Assembly (NCBI RefSeq): GCF_964204645.1 | Contig: NW_027437463.1 | Location: 1 to 64,000 of the forward strand | Source: Tubulanus polymorphus | Lineage: Eukaryota; Animalia; Nemertea | DNA: 64,000 nucleotides | Direction of reading: 5' to 3' | Shown here: positions 33,875 to 45,789 of the stretch, piece after piece | Layout: each line of letters begins with the position of its first letter | How positions within the stretch are numbered: position 1 is the first letter of the stretch | Notes under the pieces: model-generated | Seen by the model: only the letters and a program-made list of their open reading frames with translations | The model's database searches: none | Told to the model about the DNA's origin: nothing | Translations under genes and position numbers: made by a program

Positions 33875-33989
33875 TTATTAGGAAAAAAAATTACTTGTGG
33901 TGATGAGTGTTAGGAAAAAAATTACTTGTGGTGATGAGTGGTGTCTCGTACTTCGTACTCTGATCTGAAAGCCTACTTTTCCAATTACT
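33870..33989 (-). repeat. Right terminal inverted repeat (120 bp), includes the polB start codon
   Basis: Reverse complement of 17482-17601. Confidence 0.97.
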
Positions 33990-36419
33990 ATAGTGTTCCT
34001 GGACCCCTTTAAAAATGTACTCTGAAAAAAGAATATTCTCTATTTTGTTATGTCATTGAAGATTCTCTTCTATGAGGTGCCAACGCAACTTCTTCTAATT
34101 TTGATTCCATGTGTGAATTTGTATAATTGATTTGCATTTGAAGGTATGAACTTGTATTGAATATTCAAACATTTTTGTCCATTTGAGGATTATGAGTGTC
34201 CATAGATGGAATCAGGTTTCTTTTTAACGTTTTCATTACACTTTGATGTGTTGTCTTGATGCCTTTCCTAGGGGCATCGTATAATTTTTATGGACTTTTG
34301 CTTTACTGAAGTCCATTTTTGCTCATGTATGACACGTGCCTCCATTGGTACAAAATAACTTGCGAAAGAAGCTTAGTTTCTCATCTGATCTTTCAAAATG
34401 TTCAATGTTGTAATAATCTCTAACCCTCCTGCACCACCCTCCTGTAAGGTTTGTTAGAACTCTACAGCCGGTAAGTCTTAATAAATCTTCTTGAAAGTTT
34501 GTGTATGAGTTGGAACAGGTAAGAGGTGATATTGAAAATGGTGATCTATCAGCTAGATGATATGTCCAACATGACAGCCATGTCTGCCATCTTGAATTTT
34601 TCATTGGCACCATACAGCTTGCCAACCTATATTGATTTCCTTGACCCTGGTGTATTAGCAGGTAAGAGGTCTACCCCTATTAAAATTGGTGACCACCAAT
34701 TGTCTAATATTGCTGCTATATTATCCAATGTATGATTTTCTTCATTTTCAATAATCATTAGCACTGTCACATGTTATATAGCTGTAGAAATCTGTGACTA
34801 ATGAGTATACTCTACACCAGGGGAGTTGAAAATTTGAATACACTACTACGTATTAGTCAATTTTTATGAAAACCATAGTTATGTATTGATAATGATGTTA
34901 AATGGCCATTTGTCTACAAGGTATATATTGATTCCCCTATGTAGATTCAGTTATTTTCGATTTGAGGAATTTCTATCAACCTCAGATACATGTATATCGT
35001 ACATAGTTTAAAATGACCCTTGTGTAAAAGATTAATTTTGTGCTGTAATTATCAAAAGTGTCGGAATATTCATTATTGCCATACCACGTAACAACCATTG
35101 TGGGAATAGATTATTTCAGTTGCATGGCATGTTGTCTCTACTAAGAGAATGAAAAAATAGTTGAGAAAAAAATGTTTCGGTTCTCCATCGTAGGTTTGAC
35201 ACATATGTATTAATGTTGTAGTCATCGAGAATTAATCATATCTCTACAGATTTTGTGCATATTTACATGTCAATAAAGATATTTTCAAATAAGACCATAG
35301 CGTTGTGTTTCCATTGCTGAAAAGGAATAGGATCGATTCGATGCAGCATACTTGATTCCTTATACGACTAGGGCCTACATATGTTAAATTCCCCGACATC
35401 AATTTCCGAAGTTCACGTTATCGTATTGGGTTTTAGTTCAACATTTTAGTTGAGTAGTTTATGCATCTATAGTTTTGACTGGAAGACAACACCGTTGGGC
35501 AAATATCTCAAATATATAGAAGGAAAAATATCGAATTGTGGTCGGCCCAGACTGCAGATCGATTCTCATGTACTGCCAAGGCTTCTAATGCAATATCTCG
35601 AGGCCCCCACATCGCTGCTGCAGACCAGATCTTTGATGCAGAGCCCAACATATGAATGACCTGTTCAGCCCTACAAATACATTTTTCTGGCATTCTATCA
35701 TATCATTTAATGATAATTACTCAAGTAAAGTAAAGACGTAAGCCCCAATACGAAATATTTTGAAGCATGAATTTATTTTTATTGTTTCAATCATAATATT
35801 ACATGTAATGCATTCACATCGTGATGTTACTTAACCTAAATGTTTAGAATAGTTATTAAGATGAGCGCAACATACATAGCATCAAAATTTCAAAATTCAG
35901 CCATCCATTTAACATATTGACTCGTTGTTCAGTGGGGTAACTAAAACACATTTTAAAAAATAATTTCTAGTTTCGAATCTGTAAGGAGAGATGAAGTGGG
36001 GTTTCTTCCGACTTCCTGAGCTATGAATAACTAGTTTTAAAATTTAAAAGTGATTTCGACGGTTTATCCGAAGTTTAAAAGCCTTGCGTAAGTTGGATCT
36101 TTTGGGACCAAGACAAATCCTTCGACTTCGAAAAATTCCGATTTCCAGCCGTTTCCAAAAACTATACGACTTCCAATTAATTTCTGTAAACGGAAAGATT
36201 TAATCCATATCTACAAGAATGATTAAAAACACTGAAATATTTCGGGTTCAATTTTTCCAATATACTCTCACAACTAGAATAACGACTGTTGACATGTATC
36301 ATCGATTTACAGCCAGAAAAAAAGGGTCGGGACAGAAAAGAGAATAGAGGAGAAAATTCTGGACCATCAGTATTCATGTGATATAAATGTGATCGTGATA
36401 TAAGCGAGTATCCGACTAC

Positions 36420-37620
36420 GTAAATTCCTTGTTTCTGAGTTGAAATCATCGCCCTTTTATTTCCGCAAGTGACTTTTTAGGTATTTTCCGAGTTTCTGAG
36501 CTGAAATCATCGCCCTTTTAATTTCGCAAGTGACTTTTTAGGTAAATTCCGAGTTTCCGAACTGAAATCATCGCCCTTTTAATTTCGCAAGTGACTTTTT
36601 AGGTAAATTCCGAGTTTCTGACCTGAAATCATCGCCCTTTTAATTTTGCAAGTGATTTTGTAGGTTAATTTCGAGTTTCTGAGCTGAAATGATCGCTCTT
36701 TTAATCTCGGAAGTGACTTTGTGGCTAAATTCCGAGTTTCTGACCTGAAATCATCGCCCTTTTAATTTCGCAAGTGACTTTTTAGGTATTTTCCGAGTTT
36801 TTGAGCTGAAATCATCGCCCTTTTAATTTCTTAAGCAACTTTTTAGGTAAATTTCGAGTTTCTGAGCCGAAATGATCGCCCTTTTAATTTCGCAAGCGAC
36901 TTTTAGGTAATTTCCCAGTTTCTGAGCCGAAATCATCGCCCTTATAATTTCGCAAGCGACTTTTTAGGTAAATTCCTTGTTTCTGAGCCGAAATGATCGC
37001 CCTTTTCATTTCGCAAGTGATTCTGTAGGTAAATTCCGAGTTTCTGAGCTGAAATGATCGCTCTTTTAATCTCGAAAGAGACTTTTTATGTATTTTCCGA
37101 GTTTTTGGGCCGAAATCATCGCCCTTTTAATTTCGCAAGCGATTTTGTAGGTAAATTCCGAGTTTCTGAGCCGAAATCATCGCCCTTTTAATTTCGCAAG
37201 CGACTTTTTAGGTAAATTCCTAGTTTCTGAGCCGAAATCATCGCCCTTTTAATTTCGCAAGCGACTTTTTAGGTAAACTCCTAGTTTCTGAGCCGAAATC
37301 ATCGCCCTTTTAATTTCGCAAGCGACTTTTAGGTAAATTCCGAGTTACTGAGCCGAAATCATCGCCCTTTTAATTTCGCAGTGACAACCGGGATCACACA
37401 CAACTCACCAGAACAACAATGGATTCTTTTCAAGAGAGCGATGTCACAACGCTACATTTCTGAAGTGAAATCATCGCATTTCACAAGTGATTTAGGTAAA
37501 TTCTGAGTTTCTGAGCTGAAATCATCTTTTTTTAATTTCGCAACTGACTTTTTAGGTAAATTCCGAGTTACTGTGAGCTGAAATCATTGCCCTTTCTGAG
37601 TTAATCATCGCCCTTTTTTC
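36420..37620. repeat. ~61-bp tandem repeat, ~16 copies to 37381, a ~70-bp interruption, then degenerate copies
   Basis: Unit GGTAAATTCCGAGTTTCTGAGCCGAAATCATCGCCCTTTTAATTTCGCAAGCGACTTTTTA. Confidence 0.93.
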
Positions 37621-38637
37621 ACGAGTGTTTGTGTAAATTTAGAGTCTCTGAGCTGGACATCACTAGTTTAATTTCACATTAAGGGATTATTGGTAACTTC
37701 TGACTCGAGATCTAGAATCATTATAGTTAGTGATTTTCGAGGTTTATACCGTTTATGAGCTAGGAATGATTACATTTTAACAAAAGGGAGTCGATTGACG
37801 AAACTAAGACTAGGAATCAACTATCTTAGATTTCAAAAGTTATCTTGATCGCCATCGTACGCCAAAATCTTTCCTCGTTTTATTCCGAGTGAAATAGGAA
37901 TAAATTCCACTATTGCTATTTTCGGTATGATTCCAAGTCTGTGAGCTATTCAACTTAGGGAAAGTTGGACTTAAATGCCAATTCTAGGAAATTATCTGAC
38001 CGCTGATTTTTGTCCCCGAAATGTTTGTATGATCGTCGAATTTATTCATCACATCGGCATACCAAGGACTGCAGTTGTCACCTTGTTGTGTTTTAATATG
38101 CAGTTGAGGTTCGTCCATATTTACCGTCTGGATGGATTATTTAGAAGAACGGCTTTATGATAAGCCAATAACGAACTTCATGGTACAGGCTTACTAACGA
38201 GGATATCATCCACCCTCTAAGCAGTCTTTACTACGTGATACTAAACTATAAATACGTACTACTAATACCGGTACCATTCTATTCTCAGAAGATTGATTTT
38301 TCAAAATCCCCACATCATAACTGGGAGATATAAATTGTATTAATTCCAACGAACGAATTGGCGGTTGCGGGGCCACCAAGTGTAGCAAAAATTCAAAAAA
38401 CAATCGGATCCACCCGCTCGTAATGAATGATTTGGCTTCCGTTTATATAATTTCTTAATCTTCTACTTCATATGAGCTATTTTTCTTCTTTTCCTGGAGA
38501 GAACGATGATTCATCGTGCCACCTTTGAAATCTTCAATTTATAATAGTTTGAATACGGGGTGATTGCCACTTGGGTTGTGACAGAAACGGACCATTTTCA
38601 ATTCAATGCAATTGAGTACTTTTCGTTCTGACCACAG

Positions 38638-38976
38638 CATCCTCCCTCTGCCGGGACTCGAACCTGATGGCATCGCTACACTCAGCCACGGCACGAACCC
38701 CTGCATCAGTAGACCGGGTGCGCAGGTACATGCGCAGCTTTCCGAACGAAAACTGGCGGCACCAATCAGATTGCTCGTTGTATAATCGTTGAGGCAAATT
38801 TCAAGGAAGAACTATAAATGGGAAGACCCGGGCTAAAATAAAACGGGATTTCTGATTGGCTAAAAATCACATCATCTGAACTGCGCATGTATCTGCGCAC
38901 ACGGTCGATTATGGCAGGGTTTCATGCCGTGGCAATCTCGATGCCATCAGGTTCAAATCCCTGCCGGGGGAGGATG
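38638..38976. mobile_element. MITE with ~100-bp imperfect TIRs (CATCCTCCC...GGGAGGATG), 8-bp TSD GACCACAG
   Basis: TSD at 38630-38637 and 38977-38984. A related terminus occurs at ~1946-1978. Confidence 0.85.
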
Positions 38977-38980
38977 GACC

Positions 38981-39741
38981 ACAGGGGTTTGGCGATGGGC
39001 TTGGATTTTATTTCCGGGTTGTTGATAATCTCGCGAGAATGGCGCTAAATATGAACTGCGAATAAATTCAAAATATCACGGAAATACCTTGTGTTAATAT
39101 TGTTTATTTATCCGCTATAAAGTTCTGATAAACAATTGGTCGTTAAGAATCATTATCAGACGGTCGTCAGATGGCTACGGGATGAAACGCCTTCAGAGTT
39201 GTGCCAGCCAGAAAGTTGGGACAGTCACGTGACTTAACGCTTCTTATTTGACGCGAACCTGAAGCATATAAGATGGAAACTATGATACGAAAATTATTTG
39301 AGAATAACTTACATTCAAATGCATTTTTTACTATGAATTATATATTTCATCATAATTTATTTAGTTATTTATTTCATATGAATCATAATCTGACAATTGA
39401 TATCGGTCTGTGAATATGTTAACTTTTCGTGTTGAAGTTTTAAATGCGATTACGTCATCAGAATGTCATGTGACTGTCCCAACTTTCTGGCTGAAAATTT
39501 AAGTACAGCGGAGGCCTGGCGTTTCATCCCTTGTGATTTTATATAGAAGCGTGACGACCGGTCTGATAATGATTCTTAACGACCAATTGTTTATCGAAAC
39601 TTTATAGCGGATAAATAAACAATATAAACACAAGGTATTTCCGTGATATTTTGAATTTATTCGCAGTTCATATTTAGCGCCATTCTCGCGAGATTATCAA
39701 CAACCCGGAAATAAAATCCAAGCCCATCGCCAAACCCCTGT
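38981..39741. repeat. Fold-back: ~190-bp near-perfect inverted repeats plus imperfect inner arms
   Basis: 38981-39168 is the reverse complement of ~39551-39741. Confidence 0.9.
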
Positions 39742-39982
39742 CATTTCGGTCTGTCTGCAGAGTTTCCAGAACCTGTCATGTCAGGTCTTAAGACACAGTA
39801 TAATCAGTATTAATAACAATCATTATACTCATTATGATTAGGCCCTATATTATTATATATTACTATTAATTACTCGCAATATAAGCTTAATTAATTCACC
39901 AAGTGCACATACAATTTAAAAACATTTCAGTGCAAGCTTATAAGTTGACATAGATAAATTAGACATAACACTGATTAATTAG

Positions 39983-41795
39983 TGAGACCTCACACGGCAA
40001 CGCGCGCCATTTTGCAGAGCTTCGGGACCTGTGGTGACAGGTCTGCTTGAAAACTGATGAAATGGAAAAAAACTTTATTTTTTATGGTATCTTTATAGTA
40101 ATGAATATAATATAGATTGCTAACCATGGATATAGTTAATCTTAAGTTACTATAAAACAATAATTTTGAAGCGAGACCTCACACGGCAGCTCGCGCCATT
40201 TTGCAGAGCTTCTCGAGACCTGTGGTGACAGGTCTGCATTAAAACTGATGAAATGAAGGAAAACATTAATTTTTATGGTCTCTTTATAGTAAAGAGTATA
40301 ATATCAATTGCTAACCATGGATAGAATTAATCTTAAGTTACTATAAAACAATAATTATGAAGCGAGACCTCACACGACAGCTCGCGCCATTTTGCAGAGC
40401 TTCTCGGGACCTGTGGTGACAGGTCTGCTTGAAAACTGATGAAATGGAAAAAACTTTACTTTTAATGGTATCTTTATAGTAATGAATATAATATAGATTG
40501 CTAACCATGGATATAGTTAATCTTAAGTTACTATAAAACAATAATTTTGAAGCGAGACCTCACACGGCAGCTCGCGCCATTTTGCAGAGCTTCTCGAGAC
40601 CTGTGGTGACAGGTCTGCTTGAAAACTGATGAAATGGAAAAAACTTTACTTTTTATAACCTTTATATAGTAATAAGTATAATATAAATTGCTAACCATAG
40701 ATAGAGTTAATCTTAAGTTACTATAAAACAATAATTATGAAGCGAGACCTCACACGGCAGCTCGCGCCATTTTGCAGAGCTTCTCGGGACCTGTGGTGAC
40801 AGGTCTGCTTGAAAACTGATGAAATGGAAAAAACTTTACTTTTTATAACCTTTATATAGTAATAAGTATAATATAAATTGCTAACCATAGATAAAGTTAA
40901 TCTTAAGTTACTATAAAACAATAATTATGAAGCGAGACCTCACACGGCAGCTCGCGCCATTTTGCAGAGCTTCTCGGGACCTGTGGTGACAGGTCTGCAT
41001 TAAAACTGATGAAATGAAGGAAAACATTAATTTTTATGGTCTCTTTATAGTAAAGAGTATAATATAAATTGCTAACCATGGATAGAATTAATCTTAAGTT
41101 ACTATAAAACAATAATTATGAAGCGAGACCTCACACGGCAGCTCGCGCCATTTTGCAGAGCTTCTCGGGACCTGTGGTGACAGGTCTGCTTGAAAACTGA
41201 TGAAATGGAAAAAAACTTTACTTTTTATAACCTTTATATAGTAATAAGTATAATATAAATTGCTAACCATAGATAAAGTTAATCTTAAGTTACTATAAAA
41301 CAATAATTATGAAGCGAGACCTCACACGGCGGCAGCTCGCGCCATTTTGCAGAGCTTCTCGAGACCTGTGGTGACAGGACTGCATTAAAACTGATGAAAT
41401 GAAGGAAAACATCAATTTTTATGGTCTCTTTATAGTAAAGAGTATAATATCAATTGCTAACCATGGATAGAGTTAATCTAAAGTTACTATAAAACAATAA
41501 TTATGAAGCGAGACCTCACACGGCAGCTCGCGCCATTTTGCAGAGCTATTCGGGACCTGTGGTGACAGGTCTGCTTGAAAACTGATGAAATGGAAAAAAA
41601 CTTTAATTTTTATAACCTTTATATAGTAATAAGTATAATATAAATTGCTAACCATAGATATAGTTAATCTTAAGTTACTATAAAACAATAATTATGAAGC
41701 GAGACCTCACACGGCAGCTCGCGCCATTTTGCAGAGCTTCTCGAGACCTGTGGTGACAGGTCTGCACTAAAACTGATATAAATAGAAAAAAACTT
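39983..41795. repeat. ~190-bp tandem satellite, ~9.5 copies, bracketed by a ~39-bp inverted repeat (~39749-39787 / 42322-42360)
   Basis: GAGACCTCACACG recurs at ~39983, 40173, 40364, 40554, 40744, 40934, 41125, 41316, 41510 and 41701. Confidence 0.95.
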
Positions 41796-42585
41796 CATGC
41801 TTTAAATTGTTGATTTAAAATCAGTCTCAATAAAATCAGTCTCTTTATTGCATTCGGCTCTTTTACATGCACGCACATCATAAAGACAATGAATATAAAT
41901 AGTGAGACTTCAGGACTTCAGGACAGTGAGGAGTGTTGCCGAACTGTGATAGTGAGCAGATAATTTTCAGTGTCTTATTGCGGAAACGAAATATCAAGAC
42001 CTCGATTCATCTAGCGAAAATATTCTCTTATAATGTGCTCTTATTTCTACATTAATTAATTCATCTATGCCTGAAACTTATTTTTTCCCTTTAATACAGA
42101 AATAAGTCATAGTTTACACATAAATATTTTCTTCTTATAAATCAACCTTTCAAATGAATTATTTGTCAGAACATTTTCCTTATCGTTATTGTTGAATCAT
42201 TTTCGATATTAACGACGGGTCAGAATATTCATTCAACTCAAAATGTTCTTCCATTCGTCTAACACATGCCTAGATATTTCGCCGTTTCGTCAAATATTGT
42301 CATGAGTTTGGGTTTTTTCGGGACCTGACATGACAGGTTCTGGAAACTCTGCAGACAGACATCAATCACCCCTGTGGTTCTGACGGTGGCAAATGTTAAG
42401 TTCGGCGGACGGAGGTTTTAATACAATATTTCTTGCTGTTGATGTTCCCAAACAACTTAGTGGGAACCGTACATCGTCTGGTTAACTATTCAGACTACAT
42501 ATCCTGGTAATTGATGTCTATTTAAACACCCTTGACTTTTTTTGAGAGAGCTTTCTTTTATATTTCTACAGCGACTTACAAATTC

Positions 42586-43058
42586 GCTGTGGCTACTCGT
42601 ACGGACGTACCGATTACTCTGGAGGCTATTCGTACGGAACTAGGATAACTGTCGCTGATTGGCTGATTAACGCCGCGCACACAGGGACTTGTCACAATTG
42701 ATTGTGAATGAATAAAACCAATATCAATGACCAGGTCCACTATCCCTGTATAATATAAAAAACTATTATTATTGTTATTTTATTATACAGTTGCAGGGAT
42801 ACTGGTACCCCCATCATTGGTCTCATCCATTATCAGTCGTGACAAGTCCCTGTGTAAATTACTAGCGCAGCATCATAGGCCTACCACTAGACCACCGAGC
42901 TCGCTGACAGTCGGCCGAATGTTTTAACTACATAGGCCTATAGCCTCACCTTACCCTCTAACCCTATCCCTTCCCGTACGAACATACAGTAGTAATCCGT
43001 ACGGGTGCGTACGAATAGCCTACAGAATTATTCGTACGTGTCCGTACGACTAGCCACT
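42586..43058. mobile_element. MITE-like inverted repeat enclosing a smaller TIR element (42680-42854, CACAGGGACTTGTCAC ends)
   Basis: GTGGCTACTCGTACGGAC.. pairs with ..GTCCGTACGACTAGCCAC; inner 16-bp TIR; no TSD seen. Confidence 0.6.
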
Positions 43059-45789
43059 TCGTTACAAATTTCACTTTTGAACTGTTTGTTGTTTAAAGTA
43101 AACCAATGTACTGAATTGCTGGTGACATTTTGACTCTGAAACAGTGATATTTAATGTAATTGATTGAACCATTTACGAGAGATGCGGATCTGCACTTACT
43201 GAACTGCTAGTGCTAGTGTATTGCTTATTTTAGTTAGTGTAAAAGTTGAGATCACATCAGATCAGTTAATCCAAACTTCGGTCTTCAGTTATCAGAGTTC
43301 GTCGACTATGGTCGAAACAGATGCACCAGCCAATGAAATTCCCTGTCCTGCGGGTGCCGGTAAACGAAAATTAGCGCAGGCGCTAGGATCGCTCAATCAG
43401 GATTGTTTCCCTGCTACTGGTAATGTTATTTTTATCGCTGCCGTAGAGCTATGGTAGGTATGTTCATATCCGGGGGGGGGGGGGTGCATTATCGATTGTG
43501 ATCCGCATTTTTAGTCGAACAAAATAGAAATAGAAAAATACCCTTTTTCAAGAGCTAAATTCGTCAGCTTAGGACCCGGAATAAGCGACGAATCATAAGG
43601 AATCGGAAGGTTTAGGATCTTAAAATTCAAATACTGAAGACCTCATGATTATATTTCGTGTCGGGGCTGAGCGATCGCTGCCGGAAAGTCGATGTCTAAG
43701 TTTTGCGTTGAAGCGAGCGATACAAAATGGCGGCCGGTACTTGTTATTGAATGACGACGCGCCGCGCTGCTCAGGATGAGATCAATATTTAACAATTATT
43801 CATTGGTCTAGCGGTGAATTATTAGAGTTTTCCTTAATGAATTTCTTTTTTTTATTTGATCACAGGTCCCTTAATTCGCTCAAAGATCTATGATATTTTG
43901 TGTGATTTTCTTTGTCACGCCAAACACTGGGTACTGGAAACAAATTTCTTGTGTAAAAAATATACAACTATTGAAGCCGTGAAGATTTAATGTAGGCGTA
44001 CTGACGATACGGAAAAATTTATTCTCGTATGAACGATAACAAAAATAGGCTTTCAATTTGTAATCAACATTCCCAAAGTATGTTTTTTTCGCAAAAATGA
44101 AATTCTTTTCTATTGATCATGACGAACCATCGCTCATAGCGGATCTTCGATATTTTGGACAATTTTCTTTGGCCACGGGCCACGCCAAACACAGGTGCCT
44201 TCAACGAAACCTACGTTTTTTTTTTACAATGTAGAATTCTATGACTGAAGAGCCACCGGCTCGCCTCTATTTACTCATTATAACTTAAATCTGGCTGTGC
44301 GCTTCACCAAGTTTTTTAACTTTTAAATTTTCCACTTTCCAGCCAAAATTTTTCATAAAATGTAACTCCTCTCAGATTCGACTACCAACAGCTAATAAAC
44401 GTAATTTTCAATTATGAAAATTTCTTATTTTCCCATTTGTAATTATTTATCACTATATTTCTGAATATTAGGACAGATTTGGCAAAATGATCGCTAAACA
44501 TTTTTTGCGTGCGCGGACCGCCACTATGCTCCCGTCAGTAAAGGGGCTGTTGAAAGAGGGAGGCATCTAATGGGATGAATTGAGGCTTGTGATGGGCAAA
44601 AATAGAGGCTTGTGATGGGACAGTGAGGCTCCCGAGGGGATTTTCCAAAAGCAGCAAAATTGAATTATATATTAAATATTGCTGAAATCTAGCTCAAAAC
44701 AAAACAAATGGATTATTATTTAGTTATTATTATTAGTATTATTACTATTGCTTGGTTTATGTTTCTAACCTGATTGATTTTATTATGATATCATGTATAT
44801 ATATTTCAAATTTCAGAGTTTTGACCCTGATTTTCTGCTATTCTTTACTAAAATTCATTTAGCAAGTAATAATATTAATAATTGGTATATTTAAATCAAT
44901 TCGCAATATAGACCTGACTGACAAGCCTTGACAATCATGTTTGATTCATTTCAATAATTATATAGTGAACAAAATTATTTCACCTGAAATCATATAAATA
45001 TTTCTCGATATTTCACAATTTCTTGTCGTTACCATGGAAACCAAATAATAATAATCTATATAATAATAGATATTCCTAGATAAACTTAGGGCAAACATAA
45101 ACTATTGATAACTAGTTATTCTATCCCCTTAATACATCATAACTTTTGTTCTAACATCGATATTTTCATTATTTTACCCTTTTTAGGCTGGTTTCCATGG
45201 AAACCATAGGCATTTGGGATCAGATAAAAATTTTGGGTCTTTCAACTTTATCTGAAACTGCTATGAGAGTATTGCTCTTTAAATTTTTAGTCCATCTCTT
45301 TTTCGTTTAAGAGATATCGAAGTTTGTTTACATGAGATATTACCTTCTTAAGAGTTTTTGTGTATTGAAACATGAAGACACTTTTTGCTCAAATTTTCGA
45401 ACTTCAATTTGCAATATCTCGAAAACTACTGGAGATAATTCAAAAATTTATAAAGCATATTGTTATTTGAGCCTTCCCCATTCCAACAAGCCTTCAGTAA
45501 GACTGGAGCTATTTGCACGAGCGCTGAAGGTGCGAGCCCTTAAAAAAATTTTTATTTCTAGGTGCTCAGATTCGTTTTTGCAGCATTTGGGGGCCATAAG
45601 TAACTAGTTTAAATTCGGTAATTTTCATGTAGCAGCAATTGTCAGTAGTTTGTTCGAGGCACTTTTCTGCCGTATGTTGGTAGGCTTATGTGCATTAAAT
45701 AGTTCTATGTTCTCATATCTGTTAATATGATTTAATTTTATCATTAACAGCTTAGAGGAAGCATTTATTAATTCAATTTGCAAAATATT

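Larger units (their letters stand above)
17482..33989. mobile_element. Full-length Polinton/Maverick (polintovirus/adintovirus-like) endogenous viral element, 16,508 bp
   Basis: TSD ATAGTG at 17476-17481 and 33990-33995; termini AGTAAT...ATTACT; 120-bp TIRs; pPolB, integrase, ATPase, MCP and penton genes; intronless, tightly packed, sharply more AT-rich than the flanks. Confidence 0.97.
38633..42376. mobile_element. Composite non-autonomous TIR element (CACAGGGGT termini, 8-bp TSD GTTCTGAC, P-superfamily-like)
   Basis: GTTCTGAC at 38625-38632 and 42377-42384. Removing the nested MITE restores GTTCTGAC|CACAGGGGT...ACCCCTGTG|GTTCTGAC. Confidence 0.7.

Noticed and set aside
17482-33989. Polinton as a contaminating or misassembled free virus
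   Set aside because: A perfect 6-bp TSD and accumulated inactivating mutations indicate genuine integration.
36420-37620. 61-bp array as a CRISPR array
   Set aside because: Units abut with no unique spacers, no cas genes are present, and the context is eukaryotic.
38650-38672. GGACTCGAACC B-box-like sequence suggesting a tRNA or SINE (also ~1965)
   Set aside because: Lies in the TIR of a MITE with an 8-bp TSD; no cloverleaf could be built.
40341-41688. Six similar 66-71-aa ORFs as a gene family
   Set aside because: They are by-products of the 190-bp satellite; frames change with 1-bp indels.
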